Shown one piece after another: positions 40,301-53,109 of a DNA stretch of 64,000 nt. The DNA comes from Phoronis australis (taxonomy: Eukaryota > Animalia > Phoronida), in contig NMRA01000355.1 in NCBI GenBank assembly GCA_002633005.1, forward strand, positions 409,560-473,559. The letters are read 5' to 3'. A program made the translations under genes and the position numbers. Position 1 is the stretch's first letter. Every line of letters starts with the position of its first letter. A model generated the notes under the pieces. It searched no databases. It saw only the letters and a program-made list of their open reading frames with translations, and had not been told where the DNA came from.

Positions 40301-43300
40301 GTCAATGAGCTTGTAAGCCTCTACAACGTTAGCATCTCGTTTCGCAGATCAGTTGGCACTAAGCCTCCTGAGGTTACCAAGTCCATTCAAAAGACTTACA
40401 TGCGCAACTAAATTTGATCCGTTCACCATGGACTACTTCAAAACTTGACGATGTATCCCAGGACCTATTTCCATCTCTTGCAATTTTCGAAATAAACGCC
40501 CCAATGTCTGAACGTTTGAAACCCGAAGTATTAACATCAAATAAATGCCAATGGGCATGGGCGTTCCATCGGGGGGGCGGGCTTTCTGCGGAAATTCCCA
40601 GTATAGAAGACGGCATTGGTGCTTATTGCAGGTAGAAAAACGGTAGGTGGTGAGGTCGGAACTAGGGCTTCTCAGGAGGCCTACTGAACATCGCACGAGT
40701 CTCGCAAGACTTTGTTGTGAAAGTACAGCCTCCCCGCAACTTCTGATAATGTACACTGTTCGCGAATGCGGTCACTTTGTCAATGTGAGGGCCCCCTTGG
40801 TCATTCCTTGTGTAGGCATAACTTGTTATTAGTTTGCACCTTCAAACGGACTCGCTACCAGACCACGGTGCCCGCCACAATAGCAATTCTTCGGAAAACG
40901 AGTTTTTTTTCAAAAATATTACATGTACATGTACACTGTATGATATTGCGCAAGACAATTTTACTATACACCAGTCAAATTCGAGTTGCAAACGTTTGGA
41001 GTGTAATAGCATGACACGACATGACAGATGAGATAAAAACGTTGCACGTCAATTTGCCTGAATACCAGGGTTGTGGCACCACAGTATTTTCCCTAATCAA
41101 ACCAAAACATATCTTAGAGTAAAGAAGCTAGTTACCTAAAGAAATCAGCTATAGAGCTGCTCTTTCAGCGGTGGATCCATCTAAACTGTTTGACTACTTT
41201 AGAAGTGTCGACGGAAGCGCGCGCACAATTGATCTCCGCGTGTTTTGCCGATGAGCCACGAAGACTCGAAATGCGTTGATTTTCATAACAGCAATTCACA
41301 ATGCAAAAAATTTTCAGAGTGAACCCCCTTCAATTTTTTCCAAGTTGGTTTTCTTATGCTTTACACACGCTGGCGGTGCCGTTCATTTTTGCGTCCTGGC
41401 CCAAGGGGGGGTTAAACCCCATGAATCCCCCACCCGTAGACCCGCCACTGGAAGTGATAGAAAAGTATTGCATCTGTGAGTCCATAAAGACACAAATACG
41501 CCAAAAGACATTGGGACCTTAGTTGAGTCCCTATTTGGGACTGTTTCATGCAACCAGCCACCGATGCCCACGGACTCAATTTAAGTGATAAGCGGCATTG
41601 TTACCTATGACATTTACCTGTGCTCGTGAAATAAAATTAATCAATTTAAAGTTTTCCTTGTAAAAGAATGTAATATTTTGTGTAACCGAGAAAGTTCTTG
41701 TTTTTGGCGGAATGTCGCCTTTCCGTTAACCACTTTTGCCACTCATGAAATTGACATACCCTCATATACCATTGTGATTTCCTTCGCGACATTCCTACAT
41801 TTTTTATTCGACTAGAAAGAAAGAATAAGGTGTTCGTGAGTTTTTGAGGTACACGATATTAAAAAACAGATATTGCACGCTTTTGGATGTTACGCCAACA
41901 GTAATATCCTGTTCCACAAGAAAACGTGGCCAGGAATTTTTGTGTGTCACGGCAAGTGTTTTCACATGGACCAATTAAGGTGCCACCTTTTTATCCGTAT
42001 GTCCTTCTTTTCAACTGCGTTGTCCCGCTTGTTAATTCTTGTATCTTGGCATCTATGCAACAGGTGTTCCAAATAGTATTGTCTCTTTCATATGAAAATA
42101 TACCTTCCACAGTCCACTTTCTTTAGTAACGGAACAATCGTAAAATGTGTTCCAATGTCTCTGGTTTACTGTATTACTATTACTATTACTATTGTTTACT
42201 CGATCAAGAAATGAGTTAATTTCTAAATGTCTTCGTATAGTCCTAGTACATTGCAGCCAATGTAATCAGCTATTCACAGTACATTTCAGAGCTACGCAAC
42301 TGGTGTTTGCCCTTTTTTATCTGTCAGAATATGTTTACTGCAAATTATACGCATAAGTAGTTGGAATAATCACATTTTTTGTAAATTTTGTTGCAATCTG
42401 AATTTTTACTAAAGAACGTAATTGTATCAAACAGCATCAAAGGTCCAATTAAAATATTGAGATGTATAACTTCGGATTAGTGTCTGATTAAATTCTCCAC
42501 AGCAACTGTGGTAAATCCATATTCTAAAATTTTTATCTTTATCATTAAAATCCTTTTGAAACCTTGGTTTAATAAGTCATTTATAGAATGTCTACTTCTG
42601 TGGTTCATTTCCGCTTTGTGTCATTGATATAACTTAAATCGTTTGATTTTACAAGTTAATTAGTTAACTAAGTAATTAATTAATCAATATATTAGTACAT
42701 GAAGGACTTCATTATTACATTTATTGATATTTGCTTCTATTAAAACCAAACACTAGCAATCACCTGCAGGCAATCTTCCGTTTCACATTGTTTGAAATAG
42801 TCCAATAACATACGAATTTTTTTCGGAAGAAGTTTTCAATGGTAACAGTTCTTAATTTATTTCATTTCTGCGTAACATAAATTCAACCCCAAGCCTTATA
42901 TTTTCTTGCAGCAAACAACAACGGATCAATCAAACTCAAACAAGTCCCATGCATGCATCGCCTGTGATAAACGTTGTCATTCCATTCTTACAGTTTTGGT
43001 AATGACAAATATACTTCGTCATCGTGAAAAGTGTTGAAGAGTGGTTGTTAAAGCCATGTACCACGGTTTACAAAAATGCAATCATGCACTGTGATTTGAC
43101 TGGAAAAGGAAATACACGGACGAGATTTCAAATTCATGTTTACAAATGTTGTTGATATCGCTTGAAATGTCTACAGACCCATCATTTGGATGATTACCAT
43201 TCTTTGGAGGTGTTTGTTTTAGAACTAGCCAAATTATGCAATCAACTTAACGTAAGTGGAAGGTGACCGTACAAATATAAAATGTATGATTATAATTTGA

Positions 43301-46300
43301 GTGTTACCTCGTGAAAGCCATTTGCTTACTCGTGCTGTGTGAAGTCTTTTAAATCTAACATTGCCTTATTCTCCCGTGATTTTTAATTATGGGACCCCCA
43401 ATTCACATTGGAGATTCAAAGAAGATACAAAAACATTTTGAAATGAAAGAACTTTGAGAGATATTAATGCTGGCCCAACTCTTTTCAGCTCAACTTGACG
43501 ATGAGGAACAACGGTTGGCGTCAGAACTACGGAAACTTTCTGAAGAAGATAGGGGTTCAGTGTTAGGTGGTAAGATACTTCAAAAAATGGGTGATGTTTA
43601 CATGAAGCGAGGCTTATTGCAGGAATGTGCACAGCATTTTGTTACGACCTCAGCGTTATACAATGCTGCGTTAATGCGATATAATGAGTCTGGGATGAAA
43701 CATCAAGTTGAAGCGTCAATGGAACAAAATGAACGAGCATTCTACAATATGATTTCAATATCAAATCATAAAATTCCAATGGAGTTTAGGTGTGAAATCA
43801 AAGAAGAATTGGACAGCATCAGGAAAAATATTACTCCGACAGCAAATCAGGTACTAGACAACTTTGCTAAAAACTTAAACTTGGAAGCCGGAAATGAAGA
43901 AAGAGTGATGGTGGAAAGGGGATTTGTTAAGGAAACGAGGAATGCTTTTGAAGGTTTGTGTACCAATTTGAAAGGATTTCACAACAGTCTTCTATCAAAA
44001 TGTCAAAGTATATTGGGCCCACCCCCCCAGGAATACTCTGCCATAGCCATGGGATCATTAGCAAGGGGAGATGCTACACCTTATTCAGACTTGGAGTGGG
44101 CCATTTTGGTAAAAGATGATACCCAAGATCTCGAGTACTTCAGAAACATGGTTCGACTTATGCACATATTCGTTTTAAACATTGGAGAAACAAATCTGAG
44201 GACCATGAATATTAAATCACTCAATGATTATTTCACACCTGGTGGGAACTGGTTCAGTGACACTGTTGTAGTTAGGGGTGTGGAGTTCGACAGTGCTGCG
44301 CNATACTTCAAAAAATGGGTGATGTTTACATGAAGCGAGGCTTATTGCAGGAATGTGCACAGCATTTTGTTACGACCTCGGCGTTATACAATGCTGCGTT
44401 AATGCGATATAATGAGTCTGGGATGAAACATCCAGTTGAAGCGTCAATGAAACAAAATGAACGAGCATTCTACAATATGATTTCAATATCAAATCATAAA
44501 ATTCCAATGGAGTTTAGGTGTGAAATCAAGGAAGAATTGGACCGCATCAGGAAAGATATCACTCCGACAGCAAATCAGGTACTAGACAATTTTGCTAAAA
44601 ACCTAAACTTGGAAGCCGGAAATGAAGAAAGAGTGATGGTGGAAAGGGGATTTGTTAAGGAAACGAGGAATGCTTTTGGAGGTTTGTGTACCAATTTGAA
44701 AGGATTTCACAACAGTCTTCTATCAAAATGTGAAAGTATATTGGGCCCACCCCCCCAGGAATACTCTGCCATAGCCATGGGATCATTAGCAAGGGGAGAT
44801 GCTACACCTTATTCAGACTTGGAGTGGGCCATTTTGGTACAAGATGACTCCCAAGATCTCGAGTACTTCAGAAACATGGTTCGACTTATGCACATATTCG
44901 TTTTAAACATTGGAGAAACAAATCTGAAGACAATGAATATTAAGTCACTCAATGATTATTTCACACCTGGTGGGAACTGGTTCAGTGACACCGTTGTAGC
45001 TAGGGGAGTTGAATTTGATAGTGCTGCGCCTTTTGCTTGCAAAACGCCACTTGGAAGGCCTGACAGACTTGAAAGACCAGGCATAGAATTGATAAAAACG
45101 CCCAAACACATGGCTGCAATATGCGAATGTGAAACCGCCGTTAAGGAGGGTTATAACTTCGATCGCGTATTGACTGTTACAACCAAACTCCGTGGGGATG
45201 ATCAGCTTTTTGAAAAGTTCAGACAGCTCAGAGCATATAATCAGGCTAAGAAAGACTCGCGCAGGAAGTACATTCAGGATATCCGTAATGTAGTGGATGA
45301 GTTCTTACCACAACTGAGTTTTCACAGGGATGACGCAGCAACTCATGACATTAAAAAAGAGATGTTGCGGTTGCTGACTTTGGTTGTCGTTTTACTGAAA
45401 CCGTTATTCAGTTTGAATAATGATTTTATTTGGGACACTATAGATGAGATGATATCTGAATCCATATTGACATCCGATGGAGGGCATAATTTGCTTGTGG
45501 TCATTTCCATCGTGGCCCTTTTCAGACTCGTAATGTACTGTAGTAAAGAAAGACAGCACGAAGTGTTCGTTTTATTTGGAAACTCAAACTCATCTGAGCT
45601 GGGGAAATCTACCGTACCAGGATATAACAGATACAAGCATTTGTTTATTCGATGTTATTATTCGATGTTACCATTAGCTAATTTTGTAAGAAGTAAACAG
45701 TTAGTAGAGGCACGTACCAAGCGACAAATAGATGACATGTTTTATGAAAGAAATCATTTAACAGAAGGTTTAATTGAATTATTCAGCCTCTCCAACGAAC
45801 GTGCCCGAGAACAATTTTTTGCTCACATTGAATCAGTTTCTGCAAATCCACACAAAAGAGAAAGGGAGGACGTAGTAGTTCAGCAAAAAGGAAAGGATAT
45901 TTTCTGTGACCACACAAACAGTACAGTATGGCTGTGCCTCTTCAATATCGGTAAAACCTACGAGGCAGAACAAAAGTTCAAAGAAGTTTTGAAATATAAC
46001 TTGCATGCTTTCAGTCTTATCTCGCGGAAACACGTCACAAAAAGCAGACTCCCAGCTCATAACTATGGTGAGCAGGAGATTCCGGATATTTTGAAGACGA
46101 TTAAAAGCATGCACGAAACGAACAAACGCGAGTTGAAGTATAGGGAATATGATGATGATGAATTTGTGCGCATCACACATATTCTTGGAGCTACGGGGAA
46201 TGTGTGTTCAAGTATGGATATGAACAACTGGGCCTTGCAATATCATCAAGACTCACTGAATATGATGAAGAGAATACACGGTGATGGTGATCATCCCAAC

Positions 46301-46912
46301 ATTGCCACAAGTTTGCATAATATTGGGGATGTATATAACAACATGTGTAAGTACGACCTGGCGTTGCAGTACTATCAAGACTCACTGAGTATGAAAAGGA
46401 GGATACACGGTGATGGTGATCATCCCAGCATTGCCACAAGTTTGCATAATATTGGGGATGTATATAAGGACATGTGTAAGTACGACCTGGCGTTACAGTA
46501 CTATCAAGACTCAGTGAGAATGAAGAGGGGGATACACAGTGATGGTTATCATCCCCGTATTGCCTCAAGTTTGCATAATGTTGGGGATGTATATAACAAC
46601 CTGTGTAAGTACGACCTGGCGTTACAGTACTATCAAGACTCACTGAGTATGGAGAGGAGGATACACGGTGATGGTGATCATCCCAGCATTGCCACAAGTT
46701 TGCATAATATTGGGGATGTATATAAGGACATGTGTAAGTACGACCTGGCGTTACAGTACTATCAAGACTCACTGAGTATGGAGAGGAGGATACACGGTGA
46801 TGGTGATCATCCCAGCATTGCCACAAGTTTGCATAATATTGGGGATGTATATAAGAACATGTGTAAGTACGACCTGGCGTTACAGTACTATCAAGACTCA
46901 CTGAGTATGTAG
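37370..46912 (+). CDS. NTase-TPR copy B: GlnD/DUF294-like nucleotidyltransferase plus TPR-repeat protein. Predicted exons 37370-37487 and 43489-46912 (727-bp redundancy at N 44302); about 940 aa
   Basis: Exon 1: cactaac branch point, tttccag acceptor at 37343, ATG at 37370, MECAPSELCCRNGK...NVEK, G|gtaatt donor at 37487 (phase 1). Exon 2 acceptor ctcttttcag|CT at 43488 restores the frame AQLDDEEQ. Motifs: AMGSLARGDATPYSDLEWAILV (hG[GS]x(9-13)Dh[DE]h) at 44777-44827, LNIGET, GVEFD...KTPLGR, HDIKKE, then TPRs. First stop is a GAG>TAG at 46910 in repeat 5. Confidence 0.8.
37702..39010 (+). repeat. local tandem duplication in the intron of copy B
   Basis: 37702-38520 is repeated from 38521 (gagttttgatcgatcgagtttagttgtcaaa...) with an internal deletion near 38675. 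Unit 1 has a single copy (14028-14822). Confidence 0.85.
38745..41450 (-). mobile_element. hAT transposon remnant with both terminal inverted repeats (paralog of 14559-16371)
   Basis: cagtggcggatctacg (38745) and cgtagacccgccactg (41435-41450) match with 1 mismatch. Decayed minus-strand motifs CYCGGHR (CxxH), CETR and GETP|SEYYRTVRKPFLD. No 8-bp TSD is recognisable. Confidence 0.65.
43575..45029 (+). other. 727-bp redundant overlap across a single-N contig join (43575-44301 vs 44303-45029)
   Basis: The sequence after the n at 44302 restarts at the equivalent of 43575. The two versions differ at 10 amino acids. Confidence 0.85.
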
Positions 46913-47887
46913 AGGAGGATACACGGTGATGGTGATCATCCCAGTATTGCCCCAAGTTTGCATAATATTGGGGATGTATATAACAACATGTGTAAGTACG
47001 ACCTGGCGTTACAGTACTATCAAGACTCACTGAGTATGGAGAGGAGGATACACGGTGATGGTGATCATCCCAGTATTGCCACAAGTTTGCATAATATTGG
47101 GGATGTATATAAGAACATGTGTAAGTACGACCTGGCGTTACAGTACTATCAAGACTCACTGAGTATGGAGAGGAGGATACACGGTGATGGTGATCATCCC
47201 AGTATTGCCACAAGTTTGCATAATATTGGGGATGTATATAACAACATGTGTAAGTACGACCTGGCGTTACAGTACTATCAAGACTCACAGAGTATGGAGA
47301 AGAGAATACACGGTGATTTTGATCATCCCAGTATTGCAATTAGTTTGCATAATTTTGGGGATGTATATAAGAACATGTGTAAGTACGACCTGGCGTTACA
47401 GTACCATCAAGACTCACTGAGTATGAAAAGGAGGATACACGGTGATGGTGATCATTCCCGTATTGCCTCATGTTTGCATAATATTGGGGATGTATATGAG
47501 GACATGTGTAAGTACGACCTGGCGTTACAGTACTATCAAGACTCAGTGAGCATGAAGAGGACGATACACGGTGATGGTGATCATCCAAGTATTGCCACAA
47601 TTTTGCTTAATTTTGGGGATGTATATAAGAACATGTGTAAGTACGACCTAGCGTTACAGTACTATCAAGACTCAGTGAGCATGAAGAGGAGGATACACGG
47701 TGTTGGTGATCATCCCAGTATTGCCACAAGTTTGCATAATATTGGGGATGTATATAAGAAGATGTGTAAGTACGACCTGGCGCTACAGTACTATCAAGAC
47801 TGAGAGAGTATTGAGAGGAGGATACACGGTGATGGTGATCATCCCAGTATTGCAATTAGTTTGCGTAATGTTGCAGAACGGTACTGA
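46292..47887 (+). repeat. TPR array B: 12 x 129 bp plus terminal HPSIAISLRNVAERY*
   Basis: HP codons at 46292 and at 47840 = 46292 + 12x129. In-frame stops at 46910 (unit 5) and 47801 (unit 12); probable ancestral stop at 47885-47887. Confidence 0.95.
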
Positions 47888-48892
47888 CCTGCTTAGTTAC
47901 TGCGTAAAATTACGAGCTGCCAAGTGTTTTGTTTAAAATTTGCTTTTAATTGTTTTGTGGTAAATTGTAAAGAAATTGATAGATGGACTCCGAGAAGGTG
48001 CATTTCACAGTTGGGGTGACAGAGTATCTTTTTATAGCGAAGAACACTTTGGTTACGAGAAATGTGTCTACTTAAATGAGTTATGATGACGACCTCAGAA
48101 TATATGAGAGCGCCGACCATGAGCCCGCATGGCATTCTCTTATTTTCACAACACTCTTGCAAGAGGTTTAGGAAATGCAGCAGTTGCAAAAAGAATTGGC
48201 TTTGGAGGCCCCACTACACTTGTTGGACCAATTTGACAATGAATATCAAATGTCCCCAGCGGGAAGACATCTGTCATTTTCTGTAATGAACAGATCGGTT
48301 TGGCTAACAGAGAGGCGGACGCCAAACTAAAACTGACTAGTAAATAATGAATATGGCTACTAGGTGGCAAAGATTACCTAAAAAGTCTCCGAAAATGGGA
48401 AGACGCCGTCGTCTCCGTAAAAGAAATGAATTGCCAAAGTTCAGGAAAGTATGTCTAGTAACTTCAAATATATTAAGCCATACGCACAAAAATCTAAGTT
48501 GTCTCTCAGGAACGCCACATTAGTTGGACACTTGCCAAAGTTAGCGCCAGTCTAGCTCTTCTCAAGAGGAACGTACAAACCAATTTCCACATTGATCTCT
48601 CAAGGAAATCAGATGGCACGGACAAAAATTAACACTGACAAGGGCGCTCCACATCTTGCTAAGCCGTCGGAAAATCAGCGTCAGCTCTCCTATCTCCAAT
48701 ACGAATAATCTACAACTGCCAAAAACAAACTCGAAATTAATAGCAACTGCCACATGCGGCGCAGAGTCTATCGAATTTGCTTGAAATTGGAAAGTTGTCG
48801 GCCTGGCGTCATTCTGAACAGAAGCACACTTGAGGAATTTCGTAAAAATTCCTCGAGGAACAAGGCAGAATGCTGAGACGAACAATAAAAAC

Positions 48893-49065
48893 CAAAATTG
48901 CCACTAGGGGACACACCAGCTGTCGGATCCGTTCGAAAATCAACGTAATCTAGCTGCGGTGACCTTCACGAGGAGCAGACCAAGTTTCATAAAGCGCCGG
49001 GCGTCGGATGGCGGACTCTGAACGCCTGAGTTGAGATGACTACAACATGCATCCACCTGTGTAGG
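48893..49065 (-). mobile_element. fragment of the HINE-like family, inverted
   Basis: aaaattgccactaggggacacaccagctgtcggatccgttcgaaa is the approximate reverse complement of 4675-4720. Confidence 0.5.
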
Positions 49066-51749
49066 AAAATTTGAAGGTCATAAAAAGGGCATTTAAACTC
49101 AAGACTGAATAGCATGCTATTTGTGTTAATCATATGAGACTGTTTTCAGTTAACTTGCTGATGTTGTTGCTGACATTATTTACCGTGACCCTGCCAAAAT
49201 ATTTGATTTCCCTCGTTGCAACCATAGAATTGTTATTTACAACAACTTTTTGCCTATACAGTTCTGAAAACTTTCAGTCTCCGTCGATTTTTCAGGAGCG
49301 TCATGCAGTGCTTCTTCTGGGAGCAAGTTCAACACGCAATAAATGAACTTAAATCAGAGGTGATCTGTAACTGGTGAATTTCATTTCTTCTTCTTTAAAT
49401 CTAAAGTACTAACTTGCATTTATAATAATACTCAAGTAGTGTTACTCCACGAACTGATACTGTTATTATGTAAATCGTTTACCGCCTGTTGTTACGTCGT
49501 TTACCGCCTGTATATCTACAGGCTACGGAACAATCAAGTAAAAAAACAACCAAAGCGTGCTAAAACGTCTTTTTTTTAATCGGACTCTACTCGCTAAATA
49601 TTTGTTCTTTGATTCTTCACATAATTCGCGTTATTTCAACAAAGAGAACTTTTAATTTTAACCACTTATCGCTACAAAATTGGTCTGAGATGAAAAAGGA
49701 AAGGTGTTCATGGGATTGCAAAGAACTAGTAGTTCATTATTTGTTTGCTCGGCGCATCAAGTGACAAGTCGTGACAAACTAACTTGTAGAGCTTATATCA
49801 AACTATCATTTCTTTCTAAGCACTCCAGTCATCCTCCAATTTGACTAATGAGACCAATTTCACAGCTGAGTGCTGTAAATCACTGGTTAATGGAGAACTA
49901 AGGCTTGGGACTTAGACCGGCCGGTTTAGAGACGTTTTAAATTAAACCTCAGTGCAATTTTCTTGGTCATACGCTCAAATCACTCATTGCCAACCACATT
50001 TCTTTTGACAATGACACGTTTTTACGTCAACTGTTGTAAATTGAATTAGAATAGTTAACCACTAAACTTCCGATAGAAACCAAAAGTAACTTTCAAAATT
50101 AAATTCGCATTTTTGTATCATACGTACACAAAGCGACTTGAAACATGTGTTCGGTCGAGGAAACAAAACTTTGATTTCGGTTACTTAGAAACTTGGTCTG
50201 AACTTGTCCTTACTCATGAAAAATTACTTTTGGTCTTGCAATGAACTGACAGTTCGGGAAATAATATGACACCCTCTAACAAATCTTGCAGAGCCTAGTC
50301 TCGAACAACAATTAAATTTCAGTGCTTTGGGAGATCAGAAATCTTACCGATTTTGGTTAATGAAAAATTTGGGACCAATTTCATAACACTAAGTAACCTA
50401 ATGTAGCAGAAGTTGGGTATAAAGCTGTTGTGAGGCTTTATAGGACCCTGTCAATGACTATGCTTTCCGCAAAATATCTAAAAAAAACTGCAGAATTTAA
50501 CTTAAGAAAAATATTTTTTTCTGAATCTGGAAGGCCAAGGCAATTTTTACATTGGTGCCGTTATGGCGATAGGGCAACCATATTTTTCGCCGTGTCTGTT
50601 AGTTGGAGGGGGGGTGGCAACTTGTTATATGCTTATGACTCAGTAGTATGCAGCAAGTAATAAATTTTTTATGAAATAATGACCCCGTAAATTGAGGTGA
50701 ATCTTTATAATGCATTAGATTGATTAGCTATGGTACTTAAACATTCTCGCGTTTGTGTTACAAATAAAGCTATAAAATGCAATAAATATATATATTGTGA
50801 AGAAATTATGAAACGACGAAAATGCGGTGAATTGTTAATTTGGGACAAACGAGGAACTACAATAAATTTACGAAATCAATTTATTAGTACCAAACCTCCC
50901 AAAATGAAACGACAAACTGAATCTATGATGAAATACTACAAATGAGAGAAAATTCGATCCTCGGCTGACTCACTTTCGAAAGAATATTTACAGTTAAAAA
51001 AATAACGTTATTAAATATGGAATTGGCTTTTAGTCTTCTAACAAGCTCGATACATTATGTGCTGCCATTAAAATTTTGATAATTCCTAAATTCATCCAAA
51101 CTGGCTTCATTATTCTACCTACTGTAAACTGATGTTCAATGCTTTATTAACAGTTAGTCAAAGGTACTCTTCCCTAATTTACATTGACACATTTAGAACA
51201 CGGGGTGAGATTCGTTAGTCGAAGATGTCAATAAAATATAACATTTCGTAACTTTCAGCAATGTTTGTGTTTGCTAGATTTTTAGAGTGGGGGATTTCCT
51301 CGGAAACTTCATTTAATATATCGAGTCGTTTCGGCTCCCGTTTGAGCGGCGCTGCTCAAACGGTGCGGCTAAACAACTTACTATACTTCTCTCAGGTAAT
51401 TTTGAGGTTCTAGATCCTCTCATTAAGAATGCTAAAATTAAAATCAATAATAATAATTCGGCCAGATTTACTTAGTGCTGTTATTTACTTACCACTTCAA
51501 AAAATCATTTCCTGGCTATCGACCCGGGCAGCATTCTCTATAGATTGAACGTCACTGACAGCTAAAATAGTTTGTAAAAGATACACTGTTTAGTTCTGTT
51601 GGTCGCTCATTCAAAAATATCAAATTTAGTTTCTGATTGTCACTTTTTATTTGACTCGAATTTTCGTGCGTAGAAATAGGTGTAACGGACTTTAATGTAC
51701 AAAAACATATTTGTGATTACTGTGCCATCAATAGGAATTGAATGCTCAC

Positions 51750-52760
51750 AGAATTTGTTTTAAACAGCATGTATATGGGGCGAAGTGACTTTATTAATAA
51801 ATATTAATAGAATAAACTCTCGTTGTATTGGAAATATTTTTTGCATAATAAATGTTTCTTTAAATCTGAATCCAAAAATAATCACTGATACAATGACTCT
51901 TTATTAGTACTGTCGTGACTGGGGAATGCGTTATTTCTTGCCAAAGGCAAAAATGTTGTTTTCAGACGAGGTGGTCATTGCGTAATTATGAAAAATTGCA
52001 CTTTAATAGTGAAAATACTACAGTCTCTTCGTTTTACAAATATCTCATTGTACGTTTCACTCCCAAACTTGTGGTCACATGCTGCCGAGATATTGGCTAC
52101 CCAAGCAAAAACAGTTTTAATGATTACAAAATTTCAGCGCAATTGTGATAATTTTCCACCGGCTGTTTTCATGTTCAGAAAATTTCTAACAAAATTGCCA
52201 AAACTGTGGGCGTCATCTCCATACTGTAACACCATTTTACCAAATACACACTTCTGATGATATACAATGCTCTTACATGTATACTATCACATCTATATTT
52301 TGCTCTAACACTATGGGGATGCAATAATTGCACGAGATTGAAATTTCTGCAGAAAAAAAAGAGAGAAATGTTACCAATTCTTTGCCTTTTTCACACACAG
52401 AACCAATTTGCGGGGAAATCAAAACACTTCTTCTTGACGACATATTTAACCAGGCTTGCCTAATGTTTTTTCAGGTTCAAACATACTTTTATGATAACAA
52501 TCTTTTCTAATTCCATCAGCCACCAAGAGATCTTAGAATATCCAGTCAACAACCCATCTTAAAACTGCCCACCTACCACAGAAAAAGCTTTGAAAATTCA
52601 TTAATGTTCTAAATACCGAATTTAATAAACAACTGTATCTGTCCGAGTTATGTAACAGACAAAATCGACACACATGCTTTACATGGGTTTTCCATGTATT
52701 TACAAAATTACATATTATGCACTTACAACTCTCAGTGTAACGTTTTACATTGTTATGCCT
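51750..52760 (+). mobile_element. 3' fragment of a CR1/Jockey-group LINE
   Basis: LMIYNALTCILSHLYFALTLWG...LKFLQKK...NSLPFSHTEPICGEIKTLLLDDIF matches the conserved post-RT segment IYNSLI.SHL.Y....WG...LQKK..R....S....HT.P.F..L..L...DI. Confidence 0.6.
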
Positions 52761-53109
52761 GTTGTAATTGAAGTAATCGTGATCACCTGCCATCTCAGTC
52801 AAATGCTTTTCTAACCGTGCGGTTTCCCTTGTATCAATAGTCTCTGTTTTATTTTTAGTAAAATTCATTAATTTACATTTTTAAATAAACATGCATTGTG
52901 TCTTATTTCATTGTAGTTGTACTTATTTCTATTGTTATTGATATTGTTATTTACATTGTTCTTCTTAATAGTTATTATCTATTTCATTCATTTATTGTTA
53001 CTCGGTGGTCAGCTAATAGCGGCCCGTGCTTTTGCTTGCCACGCAGTCATATAACAGTGAATGTTTCATATGATTTCAAAAAATAAATTTTTCTCTCCCA
53101 CTTCTCTGT

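Larger units (their letters stand above)
30455..47887 (+). repeat. segmental duplication unit 2 (older head 30455-31565 joined to a recent copy of unit 1)
   Basis: 30455-31320 is a visibly diverged paralog of ~5480-6200 and ~55800-55930. From 31566 it is nearly identical to 9057 onward. Confidence 0.9.

Noticed and set aside
43467-44333. Separate 288-aa NTase-only gene, or a tandem double-NTase gene
   Set aside because: The ORF ends immediately after the single N at 44302, where the sequence restarts 728 bp back, which points to a contig join. ATG 43467 probably lies in the intron just upstream of the acceptor.
46191-47339. Long antisense ORFs over the TPR arrays (382 aa here; also 60054-60965, 20006-20650 and 61029-62200) with DDHHH..YYAN repeats
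   Set aside because: These are shadow frames. The 129-bp consensus happens to lack a stop in that frame, so the ORF grows with the array and breaks wherever the sense strand has ATT AGT or similar variants. The sense frame is a recognisable TPR.
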